Assembly (NCBI GenBank): GCA_035479715.1
Contig: DATIIK010000003.1
Coordinates: 3,155 to 27,154 of the forward strand
DNA from: Candidatus Saccharimonadales bacterium
Lineage (GTDB): Bacteria > Patescibacteriota > Saccharimonadia > Saccharimonadales > UBA4665
DNA length: 24,000 nucleotides
Direction: 5' to 3'
Numbering within the stretch: the first letter of the stretch is position 1; the number at the start of each line of letters is the position of its first letter. Under the pieces are notes generated by a model that saw only the letters and a list, made by a program, of their open reading frames with translations, had not been told where the DNA came from and did not search any database. A program made the translations under genes and the position numbers. Shown piece after piece: positions 1 to 8,205 of the stretch.

Positions 1-328
1 TCTGCGTAGGCATGGCAACACTGCTCAGGTACGTCTTGCAGGCCGTAATGACATCGGCTGCACTGGCTTCAGCGTCCAGGCCCAGCGCGGTGCGAATGCG
101 CGCTTCATCTTCCTGCAGTCGTATCTGGAGTGTATGGTACAGCTCCGGCCCGGTCGTATCCTGCGGGTCCAGGCCTAGTTCGCGGATCTTGGCGCGGGTT
201 TCGTTGATGATCTGCATCATCAGGCGGATGTCGGCCCCCGGCAACCCGGCCGCCTGTTCCAGACGCTGCAATTGCGTCCGCATGGTCGGCTCAGCCGTGC
301 CCATCAGTTGTGCCAGTACCCTCGACAT
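1..328 (-). CDS. hypothetical protein, N-terminal part (gene continues past the left edge)
   Basis: Absent from the ORF track because it has no stop in the window. The reverse complement from ATG at 328-326 stays open to the edge: MSRVLAQLMGTAEPTMRTQLQRLEQAAGLPGADIRLMMQIINETRAKIRELGLDPQDTTGPELYHTLQIRLQEDEARIR... This composition is balanced, whereas the listed + ORF 12..356 is Ser/Arg/Cys-rich and looks antisense. TGTGATAAT (extended -10-like) lies at 341-349 on the minus strand, 12 nt before the ATG. No family recognised. Confidence 0.5.
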   Translation of the reverse strand, partial: MSRVLAQLMGTAEPTMRTQLQRLEQAAGLPGADIRLMMQIINETRAKIRELGLDPQDTTGPELYHTLQIRLQEDEARIRTALGLDAEASAADVITACKTYLSSVAMPTQ

Positions 329-393
329 GATTACTTATAGATTATCACAAGCGTGATGCCAGGGGATAGTGAAATCATGCCGGATTGCCTGAC

Positions 394-414
394 CTCACAA
401 TGTAAGCTTGTGAG
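394..414. promoter_or_regulatory. perfect 7-bp palindrome CTCACAA-N7-TTGTGAG (operator-like or weak hairpin)
   Basis: Read directly: ctcacaa tgtaagc ttgtgag. It lies between the left end of the high-GC island and the promoter region of the gene starting at 328. No U-tract follows on either strand, so the function is unknown. Confidence 0.3.
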
Positions 415-446
415 CCCGGGCAATACCACATGAGATAGGGGGGTAG

Positions 447-459
447 AGTTGCAAGAGAG
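447..459. repeat. left copy of a 13-bp perfect inverted repeat (AGTTGCAAGAGAG) bracketing the high-GC island
   Basis: AGTTGCAAGAGAG at 447-459 is the exact reverse complement of CTCTCTTGCAACT at 1069-1081. Both copies sit at the composition change. Confidence 0.7.
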
Positions 460-488
460 GACAAAAGGCGATGAGGTGAGGCACGGGC

Positions 489-524
489 GGCCAGCGGTGC
501 AGTCCGAAGACTACGACGCTGGCC
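489..524 (-). terminator. stable stem-loop in the 3' UTR of the island ORF (terminator-like, no adjacent U-tract)
   Basis: Minus-strand RNA reads GGCCAGCG-UCGU-AGUC-UUCG-GACU-GCAC-CGCUGGCC. That is an 8-bp outer stem, an internal loop, and a 4-bp inner stem closed by a C(UUCG)G tetraloop. It lies about 70 nt after the stop at 596. A CCUUUUGU run follows about 25 nt later. Confidence 0.4.
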
Positions 525-595
525 GACCCGGCTCACTCATGGCCAATCAGCCCCTACCCCGCTGTGCGAGTGAGTACTGCCGACGGCGTAGCCAG

Positions 596-1003
596 CTACA
601 GGGAGACCGAGGGGCGCTCGACCATCTGAGCGAGGGCGTCGTGGTGGTACTCGAAGGCCCACTTGATCGCGTCCACGAGGTCACGGAGAGTAGTCGACTC
701 GACGGAGCCGAGGTCGTACTCACAGCGCTCGAGCGCCCGGGTGAACAGGGCGAAGGAACCGGAGGAAGCCGCGTGGTTGACCACGGAGGCCACGTAGGCG
801 AGCGCCTCGGCCCGGCTGTAGCCGTGTGCACCGGCGTTGTACCGGGCGATGTCCTTGATAACGAACAGCGCCTCGACACCGTAGCCGTTGAACCTGGGGA
901 ACAGGTCCTTGACCATCGGGTCGTCGGTGTTGAGGCCGAGCCGGGTGACGACGTCCTGGAGAATCTCCAAGTTCGTGACGGGCATGAGGATGGGACCGGG
1001 CAT
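596..1003 (-). CDS. hypothetical 135-aa protein encoded on a high-GC (actinobacterial-style) island
   Basis: Three long ORFs overlap here. This frame has about 90% G/C at third positions (13 of 136 codons end in A/T by hand count) and a balanced globular-looking composition. It also has a strong AGGAG Shine-Dalgarno (1010-1014, minus) 6 nt before the ATG at 1003. No Cys-rich, TM or recognisable catalytic motif, and no family recognised. Confidence 0.7.
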   Translation of the reverse strand: MPGPILMPVTNLEILQDVVTRLGLNTDDPMVKDLFPRFNGYGVEALFVIKDIARYNAGAHGYSRAEALAYVASVVNHAASSGSFALFTRALERCEYDLGSVESTTLRDLVDAIKWAFEYHHDALAQMVERPSVSL

Positions 1004-1068
1004 GATGTGCTCCTGTCGGGATCTAGAACCACTGCGGTAGCGGTCCTGTGTGGTGGGGGGTCGTCTAA

Positions 1069-1081
1069 CTCTCTTGCAACT
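1069..1081. repeat. right copy of the 13-bp inverted repeat (CTCTCTTGCAACT)
   Basis: Exact reverse complement of 447-459. In mRNA sense (minus strand) it lies in the 5' UTR of the island ORF, and the partner lies in the 3' UTR. Confidence 0.7.
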
Positions 1082-1130
1082 TCAAAATACACTCATGTTA
1101 GTGCGCATAGGCTGTATGCTAACTGAGCAA

Positions 1131-1139
1131 AATATATCA
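1131..1139 (-). promoter_or_regulatory. candidate extended -10 promoter element (TGATATATT) for the island ORF
   Basis: The minus strand reads TGaTATATT in AT-rich, host-like DNA just outside the inverted-repeat-bounded segment. There is no convincing -35. Sequence-only prediction. Confidence 0.3.
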
Positions 1140-1162
1140 TACTGTTTTTGCTTAAATACGTC

Positions 1163-1188
1163 AATACCCCTGTTGCGGCAGGGGTATT
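1163..1188 (-). terminator. rho-independent-type terminator hairpin downstream of the PfkB kinase gene
   Basis: Perfect 10-bp stem AATACCCCTG / CAGGGGTATT with a 6-nt loop, 24 nt after the stop at 1212. The U-tract is weak (stem ends UAUU). Confidence 0.5.
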
Positions 1189-1211
1189 GTGCGAAGTGTA
1201 CGGATCTGAAC

Positions 1212-2216
1212 TTAGAATTTCTCGGCTTTGTACCAATGGGGGGCTTTTTTGAGCCACTCTTCCAAGCCGCGCTCGTCGAGCAGCCCTTGCTGCGCGCCGG
1301 TCTTCTGTACAACACTCATGGAGTTGATGGGTGCCCACTGCAATGCGCTTTCCAGATTATGACCTTTGGCCAGTGCAGCCACGAAAGTGCTAGCGAAGGC
1401 ATCGCCTGCCCCCGTGCGTTCAAACGGCGGCGCTGGGTCCGGGTACAGCGGCATCTTGAGCCGCTGGTTGCCATCGCTGGCGTAGGCGCCGGCAGGACCA
1501 TCGGTAATTACGACGATTTTAGCACCATATGAGTGCAGTGTGTCGATCAGACCATGCACGTTATCGTAGTCGCCGCCTGTTACCAGCACGGCTTCCTCAC
1601 GGTTCAGGACCAGTACTTCGGTACGTGCATACAGCCGCTTCAGCCGTTCCACGCCCGCCGCCATCTGGAAGGTGCCGGGCTGGAAGGCCAGCTTTACATC
1701 AGGATTCTTTTCGAGCCAGTCTGCCATCTGGTCGTGATAGGGCAATGCATGGTCGGAAATGGAACTAAAGTAGATCCACTTTGGAATTTCGTCGGGACGG
1801 AAGTGGGGCCAGTGGTAGTCATAGACTTCGTGCTTGATGAGGATAGTGCGCTCTTCCTTGTACCAGAGCACGTAGTGCGTGTTGCTGAGCTTGTCAGGAT
1901 TGATGTGCACGAAGCGGTGGTCGACCTTTTCGGCATTGAGTTGGTGGATCATGTTACGGCCGGTCTGGTCGCCGCCGACATTCGTCTCAAAGGCCGTATA
2001 TAGGCCCAGACGACTGAAGGATACCGCGGCGTTCGAGGCGTTGCCGACAGCTTCAAGGATCTCGGTGTGGTCGAACGGCAGCTTCGTACCGAATTGCATG
2101 GCCAATACCTTTTGGTCATGGTCATCCGTGTACGTCCACGCCTTGTCGTCGATCAGCTTGATAAATACGTCAGTCACGATATCACCGACTGCCAGTACGT
2201 CTATATGTTTGCCCAT
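1212..2216 (-). CDS. PfkB-family carbohydrate kinase (ribokinase-like)
   Basis: 334-aa ORF with an N-terminal VLAVGDIVTDVF beta-strand/Gly motif and the C-terminal PfkB signature TGAGDAFASTF. Substrate is not assignable from sequence. Confidence 0.85.
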   Translation of the reverse strand: MGKHIDVLAVGDIVTDVFIKLIDDKAWTYTDDHDQKVLAMQFGTKLPFDHTEILEAVGNASNAAVSFSRLGLYTAFETNVGGDQTGRNMIHQLNAEKVDHRFVHINPDKLSNTHYVLWYKEERTILIKHEVYDYHWPHFRPDEIPKWIYFSSISDHALPYHDQMADWLEKNPDVKLAFQPGTFQMAAGVERLKRLYARTEVLVLNREEAVLVTGGDYDNVHGLIDTLHSYGAKIVVITDGPAGAYASDGNQRLKMPLYPDPAPPFERTGAGDAFASTFVAALAKGHNLESALQWAPINSMSVVQKTGAQQGLLDERGLEEWLKKAPHWYKAEKF

Positions 2217-2295
2217 GCCCCACCCTGTTACTGAAGTTAAGTATTGCTTGTGCTTATTGTGTCATAGCTATGCGCTAAAACGCAAGTTTCTTGGC

Positions 2296-2556
2296 CTATT
2301 GTTGTAGGACGTTGATGGTGCGGGCAGCTTGCCGCTGTACGCTTTGCACCACTTTTGCCACTTGTTCCTGCTTGGCTTCTGCGGCATTCAGTACCTTTTC
2401 CGGTGTGTTAGCTGCCGTCTCGGCTGATTTTATAGCCTTGTCCAAACCATTTTCGAGCTTGTCCAGGCCACCCGCCAGCGACTTTTCGAGTGCACCGTTC
2501 TCTACAGCCTTTAGGCCCTTATCCGCCAGCTTTGTCAGGTCGTCAAATAATCCCAT
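2296..2556 (-). CDS. small hypothetical protein (86 aa, helical, Ala/Lys/Glu-rich)
   Basis: The ORF starts 5 nt after the aldolase stop, on the same strand, and fills an otherwise empty gap. The composition is low-complexity, so coding status is only moderately supported. Confidence 0.5.
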   Translation of the reverse strand: MGLFDDLTKLADKGLKAVENGALEKSLAGGLDKLENGLDKAIKSAETAANTPEKVLNAAEAKQEQVAKVVQSVQRQAARTINVLQQ

Positions 2557-2561
2557 AGATG

Positions 2562-3476
2562 CTAGACCACTGCCCTACCAGCCGAATTAAAGTCTTCCAG
2601 CTTGCCCTCGACTACTTTTTGTACGGCTGGTATGACATGCTTGTTGATAAGCTTGGACACCGAGTATTCATCGGGGTTCTCACGCAGGCACTCTTCCAGT
2701 GTAGTACGGTAAGCCACGCGCATGTCGCTATTGATGTTGATCTTGGTAACACCAATTTTTACCGCGCTGACAAAATAATGTCCTGGCGTGCCGCTGCCGC
2801 CGTGCAGACTGATATTGCAGGGCAGTACATCGCGGATACGCTGGAGCAGTTCCAGGTCGAGCTTCTTTGGCACCGGATATTTGCCGTGCAGGTTACCGAC
2901 AGCTGCCGCAAAGGTGTCTATGCCAGTCCGCACATAGAAATCGAGGGCGCTTTCCGGCGTACTAAATGTTTTTTTGATCTCTTCGTAATCAATCTTTTCC
3001 TTGTGTAGGTTGCTACTGCCGCCAAAGTAATGCGGCTCACTCTCTACCAGCGCACCGGTAAACTTGGCATACTCCACAATCTCTTTCGTGGCATCAATAA
3101 TCTCTGCTTCGGTAGCATCCTTTTTAGCCTGAGAAAAGTCGATGTGGATGAACTCAAATCCGGCATCGATGCCCTTTTTGGCATCCTCGACGGATGGTGA
3201 ATGGTCCAGGTTGACGTACATTTCCACCCCGTATTCGTATTTGAAGTTATCAACCATATCGCGCACGTTCTGAATGCCGATATCGCTGACCTCACCGGCG
3301 CTAACCTCTACCAGTACCGGCGCATTCTTGGCCTTGGCAGCGAGGGCGACAGCCTTGAGGGTCGGCTCGTCATCGAGATTGAAAGCGCCGAATGCCCAGT
3401 GCTCGGTACGGGCCTGCTCCATGCGGGCACGTGCTTTAGCACAGTTGGCACGGACTTGTTGTAGTGTAATTGGCAT
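2562..3476 (-). CDS. fba: class II fructose-bisphosphate (ketose-bisphosphate) aldolase
   Basis: 304 aa with NLDHS metal/active-site and SLHGGSG motifs typical of class II FBA/tagatose-bisphosphate aldolases. Confidence 0.9.
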   Translation of the reverse strand: MPITLQQVRANCAKARARMEQARTEHWAFGAFNLDDEPTLKAVALAAKAKNAPVLVEVSAGEVSDIGIQNVRDMVDNFKYEYGVEMYVNLDHSPSVEDAKKGIDAGFEFIHIDFSQAKKDATEAEIIDATKEIVEYAKFTGALVESEPHYFGGSSNLHKEKIDYEEIKKTFSTPESALDFYVRTGIDTFAAAVGNLHGKYPVPKKLDLELLQRIRDVLPCNISLHGGSGTPGHYFVSAVKIGVTKININSDMRVAYRTTLEECLRENPDEYSVSKLINKHVIPAVQKVVEGKLEDFNSAGRAVV

Positions 3477-3500
3477 AATTCCTCTTTCTTCTAAGATGCC

Positions 3501-4478
3501 CTAGCGTTTCTTTTCCAGCACATGATGGGCAGCAAGCCTGATATGTTTGGCATCGAGCCCGAAATGTTCTAACAGTTCGTTCGGCTCACCGCTTTCGCCG
3601 AACCGGTCGCGCATACCGATGCGCAGCATCGGCGCGGGATGTTCTTCGGCCAGCAGCTCTGCGATAGCCCCAGCCAGGCCGCCGGCAATCTGGGCTTCCT
3701 CGGCAGTGACCACGCAGCCGGTCTTACGCACGCTTTTCAGGATGGTCTCGGTATCGAGTGGCTTGATGGTTGGCACATGAATGACTTCGGCATCAACACC
3801 GTCTTTGTACAATTGCTCGGCTGCAACCATAGCCTGATAGGTCATGGTACCTGTAGTAATGATAGTCACGTCGGTACCCGGCATGAACACATACGCCTTG
3901 CCTATTTCGAACGGTGTCTTGTCGGTGGTGATGATAGGCGTCGCTTCGCGGGCCAGACGCAGGTAGTTCGGTCGTCCGTCTCGGGCCATCGCCAGCGTCG
4001 CCTTTTCGGCCTCCACGCTGTCGCCCGGTGCGATCACGACCATGTTCGGCAGCACTCGCATGAGTGCAATGTCTTCAAGCATCTGGTGCGTCGCGCCGTC
4101 AGGGCCTACCGAGATACCTGCATGGCTACCGACGATTTTGACCGGCCGGTCGTTCAGGCAGATGGTAGTACGGATCTGCTCCCAGTTGCGCCCCGGACTG
4201 AATGCCGCGTAGCTGCTGACGAAGGGAATCTTGCCTAAAGCGGCCAAGCCCGCACCGACGGTTACCAGATTCTGTTCGGCCACGCCGATCTCTACGAACC
4301 GATCCGGGAATGCGTCACGGAACAAGCCCATCTGCGTCGAATCGGTCAGGTCTGCGCAGGCAGCTACTACGTTTATATCAATCTCACCAGCTTTCTTAAG
4401 TCCACGTCCAAAGCCTTTGCGGATTGGCTCTCCCGGCAAATCTTTGGCAGTTATATCTACCAGATGTAAATCACTCAT
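3501..4478 (-). CDS. tkt: transketolase, C-terminal (pyrimidine-binding) subunit
   Basis: The track ORF runs to 4574, but MSDLHLVDITAKDLPGEPIRKGFG starts at ATG 4478. That start overlaps the upstream subunit stop (4471-4473) by 8 nt, consistent with translational coupling. The sequence matches the split-transketolase C-terminal half (EIGVAEQNLV, GATHQ). Confidence 0.9.
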   Translation of the reverse strand: MSDLHLVDITAKDLPGEPIRKGFGRGLKKAGEIDINVVAACADLTDSTQMGLFRDAFPDRFVEIGVAEQNLVTVGAGLAALGKIPFVSSYAAFSPGRNWEQIRTTICLNDRPVKIVGSHAGISVGPDGATHQMLEDIALMRVLPNMVVIAPGDSVEAEKATLAMARDGRPNYLRLAREATPIITTDKTPFEIGKAYVFMPGTDVTIITTGTMTYQAMVAAEQLYKDGVDAEVIHVPTIKPLDTETILKSVRKTGCVVTAEEAQIAGGLAGAIAELLAEEHPAPMLRIGMRDRFGESGEPNELLEHFGLDAKHIRLAAHHVLEKKR

Positions 4479-5325
4479 GTTCGCTCCTAATTTTGCCGCC
4501 CAGGGTGCGTAGCTCGTGCAAGGCCTTGACCGCCTGTTCGTGATTTGGCGGTGCACCGTGCCAGTGGAAGTCACCTTCCATAAAATCTACGCCCTTACCT
4601 GGGATAGTGTAGGCAATGATGCAGACCGGTTTTTCGGTGACGGCCTTGGCCATGGCGCAAGCGTCGATGACAGCTTCGATGTCGTTGCCATCGATCTCGA
4701 GCACATGCCAGCCGAAACTTTCCCATTTCTTTTTGAGGTCTTCCAAGGGCATGACACTTTCGGTCGGACCATCAATCTGAATGTTGTTACGGTCGACTAT
4801 GGCAGTGATGGTGTTGAGCCGGTACTTGCCGGCCAGCATGATGCCTTCCCAGACATTGCCCTCGTCCAGCTCACCGTCACCGGTCACCACGTACACGCGG
4901 CGGCTCAGCTGCTTGTCCATGCGTAAGCCCAAGGCGATACCGCAGGCTTGGCTGATACCACAGCCCAGCGGGCCGCTGGTTGTTTCCATGCCTGGGAGAC
5001 GCGTACGCTCCGGATGACCCTGCAGGCGTGAACCCAGACGCCGGAGCGTCATCAGCTCCTTTTTGGGGAAATACCCGGCCTCCGCCATGGCCGCATACCG
5101 TACTGGTACGCAGTGCCCATTGCTAAGCAGTAAGATGTCCCGCTCGTTCCAGTCAGGATTCTTTGGGTCGTGTTTGAGTACATCAAAATACAGCGCCGTA
5201 AAGACATCGGCCAGCCCGAGTGGTCCAGCGCTGTGCCCGCTGCCGGCATGTTCCAGCATGCGGATGATGTCTTCGCGGATGGTATTGGCTTTTTGCTCGA
5301 GTTGTTTCAGTGAATGTGATGCCAT
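4471..5325 (-). CDS. tkt: transketolase, N-terminal (thiamine-diphosphate-binding) subunit
   Basis: 284 aa with GSGHSAGPLG and the TPP-binding GDGELDEGNVWE motif. Adjacent to the C-terminal half. Confidence 0.9.
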   Translation of the reverse strand: MASHSLKQLEQKANTIREDIIRMLEHAGSGHSAGPLGLADVFTALYFDVLKHDPKNPDWNERDILLLSNGHCVPVRYAAMAEAGYFPKKELMTLRRLGSRLQGHPERTRLPGMETTSGPLGCGISQACGIALGLRMDKQLSRRVYVVTGDGELDEGNVWEGIMLAGKYRLNTITAIVDRNNIQIDGPTESVMPLEDLKKKWESFGWHVLEIDGNDIEAVIDACAMAKAVTEKPVCIIAYTIPGKGVDFMEGDFHWHGAPPNHEQAVKALHELRTLGGKIRSEHE

Positions 5326-5342
5326 TTTGTATCTACCGTCTT

Positions 5343-5978
5343 CTATCCCTCTACTATTGCTTTTAGTTTAGCATAAGCGGCAGCCGAATCTTTTGCACCG
5401 TGCAGATAGCCGCCCGCATTCAGCACATCAATACCTCCGAGTGAAAGCAGCCGGGCGTTCTGGTCGTTGACACCCCCGTCCCAACCGAGTTCCAGCCGGG
5501 GCTTGAGGTCACGCAAACGCTGCGCCTTACCAAGTAGGCTCATATCGGCATGACCGCCGAAATGGCCCAGGTTCCCCGAAAATATCAGTACATGGTCAAT
5601 GACATCAAGCGCCGGAGCAATGGCATCTACCGGCGTCTCGGGCAGTAACGCTACACCTACTTCTATGCCGTGGCTGTGCGCCTGCCCGGCGAATTCCATA
5701 AAATCACCCTCGGCTTCGGCGTGCACAATGATAAGCTGCGGCCTGAGTGCGATCAGCGCCGGCAAATGGTCAAACGGGCTTTGGTACATCACATGTAGAT
5801 CCGCCCGTACGCCACCGGGCCACCAGACATCTTCTATTTCCGTCAGCCGATTACGCGTAAATATGCCATCCGACAGATCGATATGCAGGCGATGCGCATA
5901 GCCGAGCGTCTCGTTGATCTGCTTTTCGTAGACCGCTGGCTCATCCGTCGTAACGGTGGGGCAGATTTCTGCGCTCAT
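5343..5978 (-). CDS. rpe: ribulose-phosphate 3-epimerase family protein (divergent)
   Basis: Trimmed to ATG 5978, which forms an ATGA overlap with the upstream membrane-protein stop. HIDLSDGIF resembles the Rpe H-x-D-x-M-D-G-x-F motif, and the length is TIM-barrel-like. The pentose-phosphate neighbours fit. It is divergent, so specificity is uncertain. Confidence 0.65.
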   Translation of the reverse strand: MSAEICPTVTTDEPAVYEKQINETLGYAHRLHIDLSDGIFTRNRLTEIEDVWWPGGVRADLHVMYQSPFDHLPALIALRPQLIIVHAEAEGDFMEFAGQAHSHGIEVGVALLPETPVDAIAPALDVIDHVLIFSGNLGHFGGHADMSLLGKAQRLRDLKPRLELGWDGGVNDQNARLLSLGGIDVLNAGGYLHGAKDSAAAYAKLKAIVEG

Positions 5979-6466
5979 GTGCGCTTCCCCCGCCTGGCGA
6001 TAACCCCTAATGCGATAGTATAGAGAACAACCAGGACCATCATCTCGGTCCACGGTACGCCGAAGGCAGCCCACCAGCTGGTACCGCTACCCGATTGCCA
6101 GTGGAACGTCGTCATGAGTATGCTCGTGACGGTCTGCACGATGCTGAATGCTGCTACGCCCATGGCCGCGATGAATACCGCCCAGAAGAGCCGTGGCAGC
6201 CATCCGAGCACCCGGCCCAGCCCGAAGACCCAGGCAATGATTACCAGCAGCAGCGGATAGCCCCACGTCGATACCTGGAAAGCCCATGTGCCCGCACTCA
6301 TGTAATGGATAAACCGTGCGTACACCCAGAGCAGCTGCGCCACGACCATTACCTGTGCCAACAGCATGATGACCACGAATGCAGCCTGCCATGGGCGGGT
6401 AATAGTTACCAGAACCGGCGTTCCTTTGGCCTGTTTCGCTTGCTTTGTCCGCTTTGCTGCAGCCAT
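5975..6466 (-). CDS. hypothetical integral membrane protein (about 4 TM helices)
   Basis: 163 aa with a Lys-rich N-terminus followed by long hydrophobic, Trp-rich segments. It is packed between rpiB (2-nt gap) and the rpe-like gene (ATGA overlap). Confidence 0.6.
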   Translation of the reverse strand: MAAAKRTKQAKQAKGTPVLVTITRPWQAAFVVIMLLAQVMVVAQLLWVYARFIHYMSAGTWAFQVSTWGYPLLLVIIAWVFGLGRVLGWLPRLFWAVFIAAMGVAAFSIVQTVTSILMTTFHWQSGSGTSWWAAFGVPWTEMMVLVVLYTIALGVIARRGKRT

Positions 6467-6468
6467 TC

Positions 6469-6918
6469 CTAGCCCCCCAACTGGTCTAGTTCATGGATAC
6501 GCCGCTTGAACCTGCTGGCGCCGGCGAACGGCGTCATCAGGAAAGTGTGCAATATGCCGATAGTCTCGTCGAAGCTTAGTGTGCGGGCACTCAGGCACAG
6601 TACGTTAGCATCGTCGTCATTGCGGGCCGAACGGGCTTCTTCCTGGTCGAATGCCAGTGCCGCCCGGATACCCTTGAAGCGGTTCGCAGCCATACACATG
6701 CCCTGTCCGCTACCACATATGAGTACGCCACGTGCATCCGGGTCGCTGTCTTCGCGCAGATGCGCCACTACCCGGCTAGCGAACTGTGGGAAATCATCTT
6801 CTGGCTTCCGTTTCGTATCGCCTTCATCTACGACTTCGTAACCGGAGCGCTGCAAATACTGCATAAGCTCCGCTTTGCGATCAAATCCATTATGGTCCGC
6901 ACCCAAATATATTTTCAT
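6469..6918 (-). CDS. rpiB: ribose-5-phosphate isomerase B
   Basis: 149 aa with MKIYLGADHNG and CGSGQGMCMAANR motifs of the RpiB/LacA/LacB family. Confidence 0.9.
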   Translation of the reverse strand: MKIYLGADHNGFDRKAELMQYLQRSGYEVVDEGDTKRKPEDDFPQFASRVVAHLREDSDPDARGVLICGSGQGMCMAANRFKGIRAALAFDQEEARSARNDDDANVLCLSARTLSFDETIGILHTFLMTPFAGASRFKRRIHELDQLGG

Positions 6919-6989
6919 ATATCCCCTTTACGAATCAGTGTACCATAAGCACATTCGGCGTCGCCAGCCTGTTCTGCCGCAGCCGCTCC

Positions 6990-7028
6990 TAATTAGAAAC
7001 GCCCGCCAACCGGTACGGCTGGCGGGCG
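6990..7028 (-). terminator. rho-independent terminator of gap
   Basis: 13-bp GC-rich stem (7000-7012 / 7016-7028) with a 3-nt loop. The single non-Watson-Crick position is a G-U wobble on the minus-strand RNA but an A-C mismatch on the plus strand. On the minus strand UUUCUAAUU follows. It lies 19 nt after the gap stop. Confidence 0.65.
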
Positions 7029-7046
7029 CCTGCTACATAGGGCGAA

Positions 7047-8063
7047 CTAGCCCTTGTGCAGGAATTTGGCGGCATCGGCCACGACTTCTACGAGACGGTT
7101 GCTGTAACCCCATTCGTTGTCGTACCACACCATCACTTTGACCAAGTTGCCAGCGACGACCTTGGTTAGCAGCAGGTCGACGGTACCGGAGTGGCTGTTA
7201 CCGATGTAGTCAGAACTCACCAGCGGCTCTTCAGATACACCGAGGATACCCTGGTAGAATGGCTCTTTGGCGGCTTTCTTGAAGGCCTCGTTGATTTCCT
7301 CAACCGAGGTATTGCGCTTGAGCAGTGCGGTGACATCGCTCAGTGATACCACCGGGGTGGGAACGCGGATGCTCAGGCCGTCGAACTTACCCTTCAGCTG
7401 AGGCAGCGTAAGGGTCACGGCGATAGCGGCACCGGTGGTCGTTGGGACGATATTCTCAGCGGCATTGCGGCCCTCGCGCAGGTCTTTCTTGGGAGCATCC
7501 TGCAAAGCTTGGCTGGCAGTGTAGCTGTGGACGGTGGTCAGCATGGACTTCTCAACGCCGAATTCACTTTCCAGGATAGCCATAACTGCCCCCAAAGAGT
7601 TAGTAGTACAGCTGGCGTTACTAATGACTTCGGTAGCGCCCTCCAATTTGTCGTCATTGGCACCAAGCACGATGGTGTCAACACCTTCGCTCTTGGTCGG
7701 GCCGCTGATAACGACGCGTTTAGCGCCCGCAGTGATGTGCTTGCTGGCACCGTCTTTGTCGGTAAAGAAGCCCGTGCTCTCAACGACCACATCGATATCC
7801 AGGTCTTTCCAGGGCAGCTCAAGAGGATCTTTTACTGCCAGGACCTTTACTTTGTGACCATCGACGATGATGTTTTCGTCGTCATGGCCGACCTCGTGGT
7901 CGTAGGTGCCATAGTTACTGTCGTGCTTCAGCAAGTATGCCAGCGTTTTGGTATCCGTTAGGTCGTTGATGGCGACGATTTCGAGGTCGTCCCGTGCAAA
8001 TGCGATCTTGAAGGCATTGCGGCCAATGCGGCCAAAGCCATTGATAGCGATGCGTGATTTCAT
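7047..8063 (-). CDS. gap: glyceraldehyde-3-phosphate dehydrogenase
   Basis: 338 aa with INGFGRIGR NAD-binding and SNASCTTNS active-site motifs, and WYDNEWGYS near the C-terminus. Confidence 0.95.
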   Translation of the reverse strand: MKSRIAINGFGRIGRNAFKIAFARDDLEIVAINDLTDTKTLAYLLKHDSNYGTYDHEVGHDDENIIVDGHKVKVLAVKDPLELPWKDLDIDVVVESTGFFTDKDGASKHITAGAKRVVISGPTKSEGVDTIVLGANDDKLEGATEVISNASCTTNSLGAVMAILESEFGVEKSMLTTVHSYTASQALQDAPKKDLREGRNAAENIVPTTTGAAIAVTLTLPQLKGKFDGLSIRVPTPVVSLSDVTALLKRNTSVEEINEAFKKAAKEPFYQGILGVSEEPLVSSDYIGNSHSGTVDLLLTKVVAGNLVKVMVWYDNEWGYSNRLVEVVADAAKFLHKG

Positions 8064-8104
8064 ATTCTCACCCTTGTATCAGATTAATAATGCTTACGGC
8101 TTTA

Positions 8105-8134
8105 ATTGTAGCGCACAGCTGACCCTTGATGCAA
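8105..8134 (-). promoter_or_regulatory. candidate sigma70-type promoter of gap (TTGCAT-18 nt-TACAAT)
   Basis: The minus strand reads TTGCAT (8134-8129), an 18-nt spacer, then TACAAT (8110-8105), about 40 nt upstream of the gap ATG. Sequence-only prediction. Confidence 0.45.
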
Positions 8135-8136
8135 AA

Positions 8137-8166
8137 TTGACCTTTTAAGCATTTTATTGTAAAAAT
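8137..8166 (+). promoter_or_regulatory. candidate divergent promoter of the orphan cassette (TTGACC-18 nt-TGtAAAAAT)
   Basis: TTGACC at 8137-8142 lies back-to-back with the gap -35. An extended -10-like TGTAAAAAT lies at 8158-8166. The -10 is a weak match, so confidence is low. Confidence 0.3.
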
Positions 8167-8205
8167 AATAGAGTCATCTTATGACAACCGAGAGAGGGCA
8201 CCGCT

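Noticed and set aside
449-1126. 225-aa + strand ORF and the 181-aa minus ORF (547..1092) overlapping the high-GC island
   Set aside because: High-GC DNA keeps several frames open. These two translate to Gly/Val/Asp/Arg-rich or Ser/Thr/Pro/Arg-rich sequences typical of wrong frames, lack an SD, and do not put G/C at codon position 3. The 596..1003 minus frame does all three correctly.
3501-4574. Longest-ORF starts for the transketolase C-subunit (4574), rpe-like gene (6074) and trxB (12321)
   Set aside because: The N-terminal extensions overlap the upstream genes, are Arg/Cys/Thr-rich and lack SDs. Internal ATGs at 4478, 5978 and 12264 give canonical N-termini with coupling overlaps or strong SDs.
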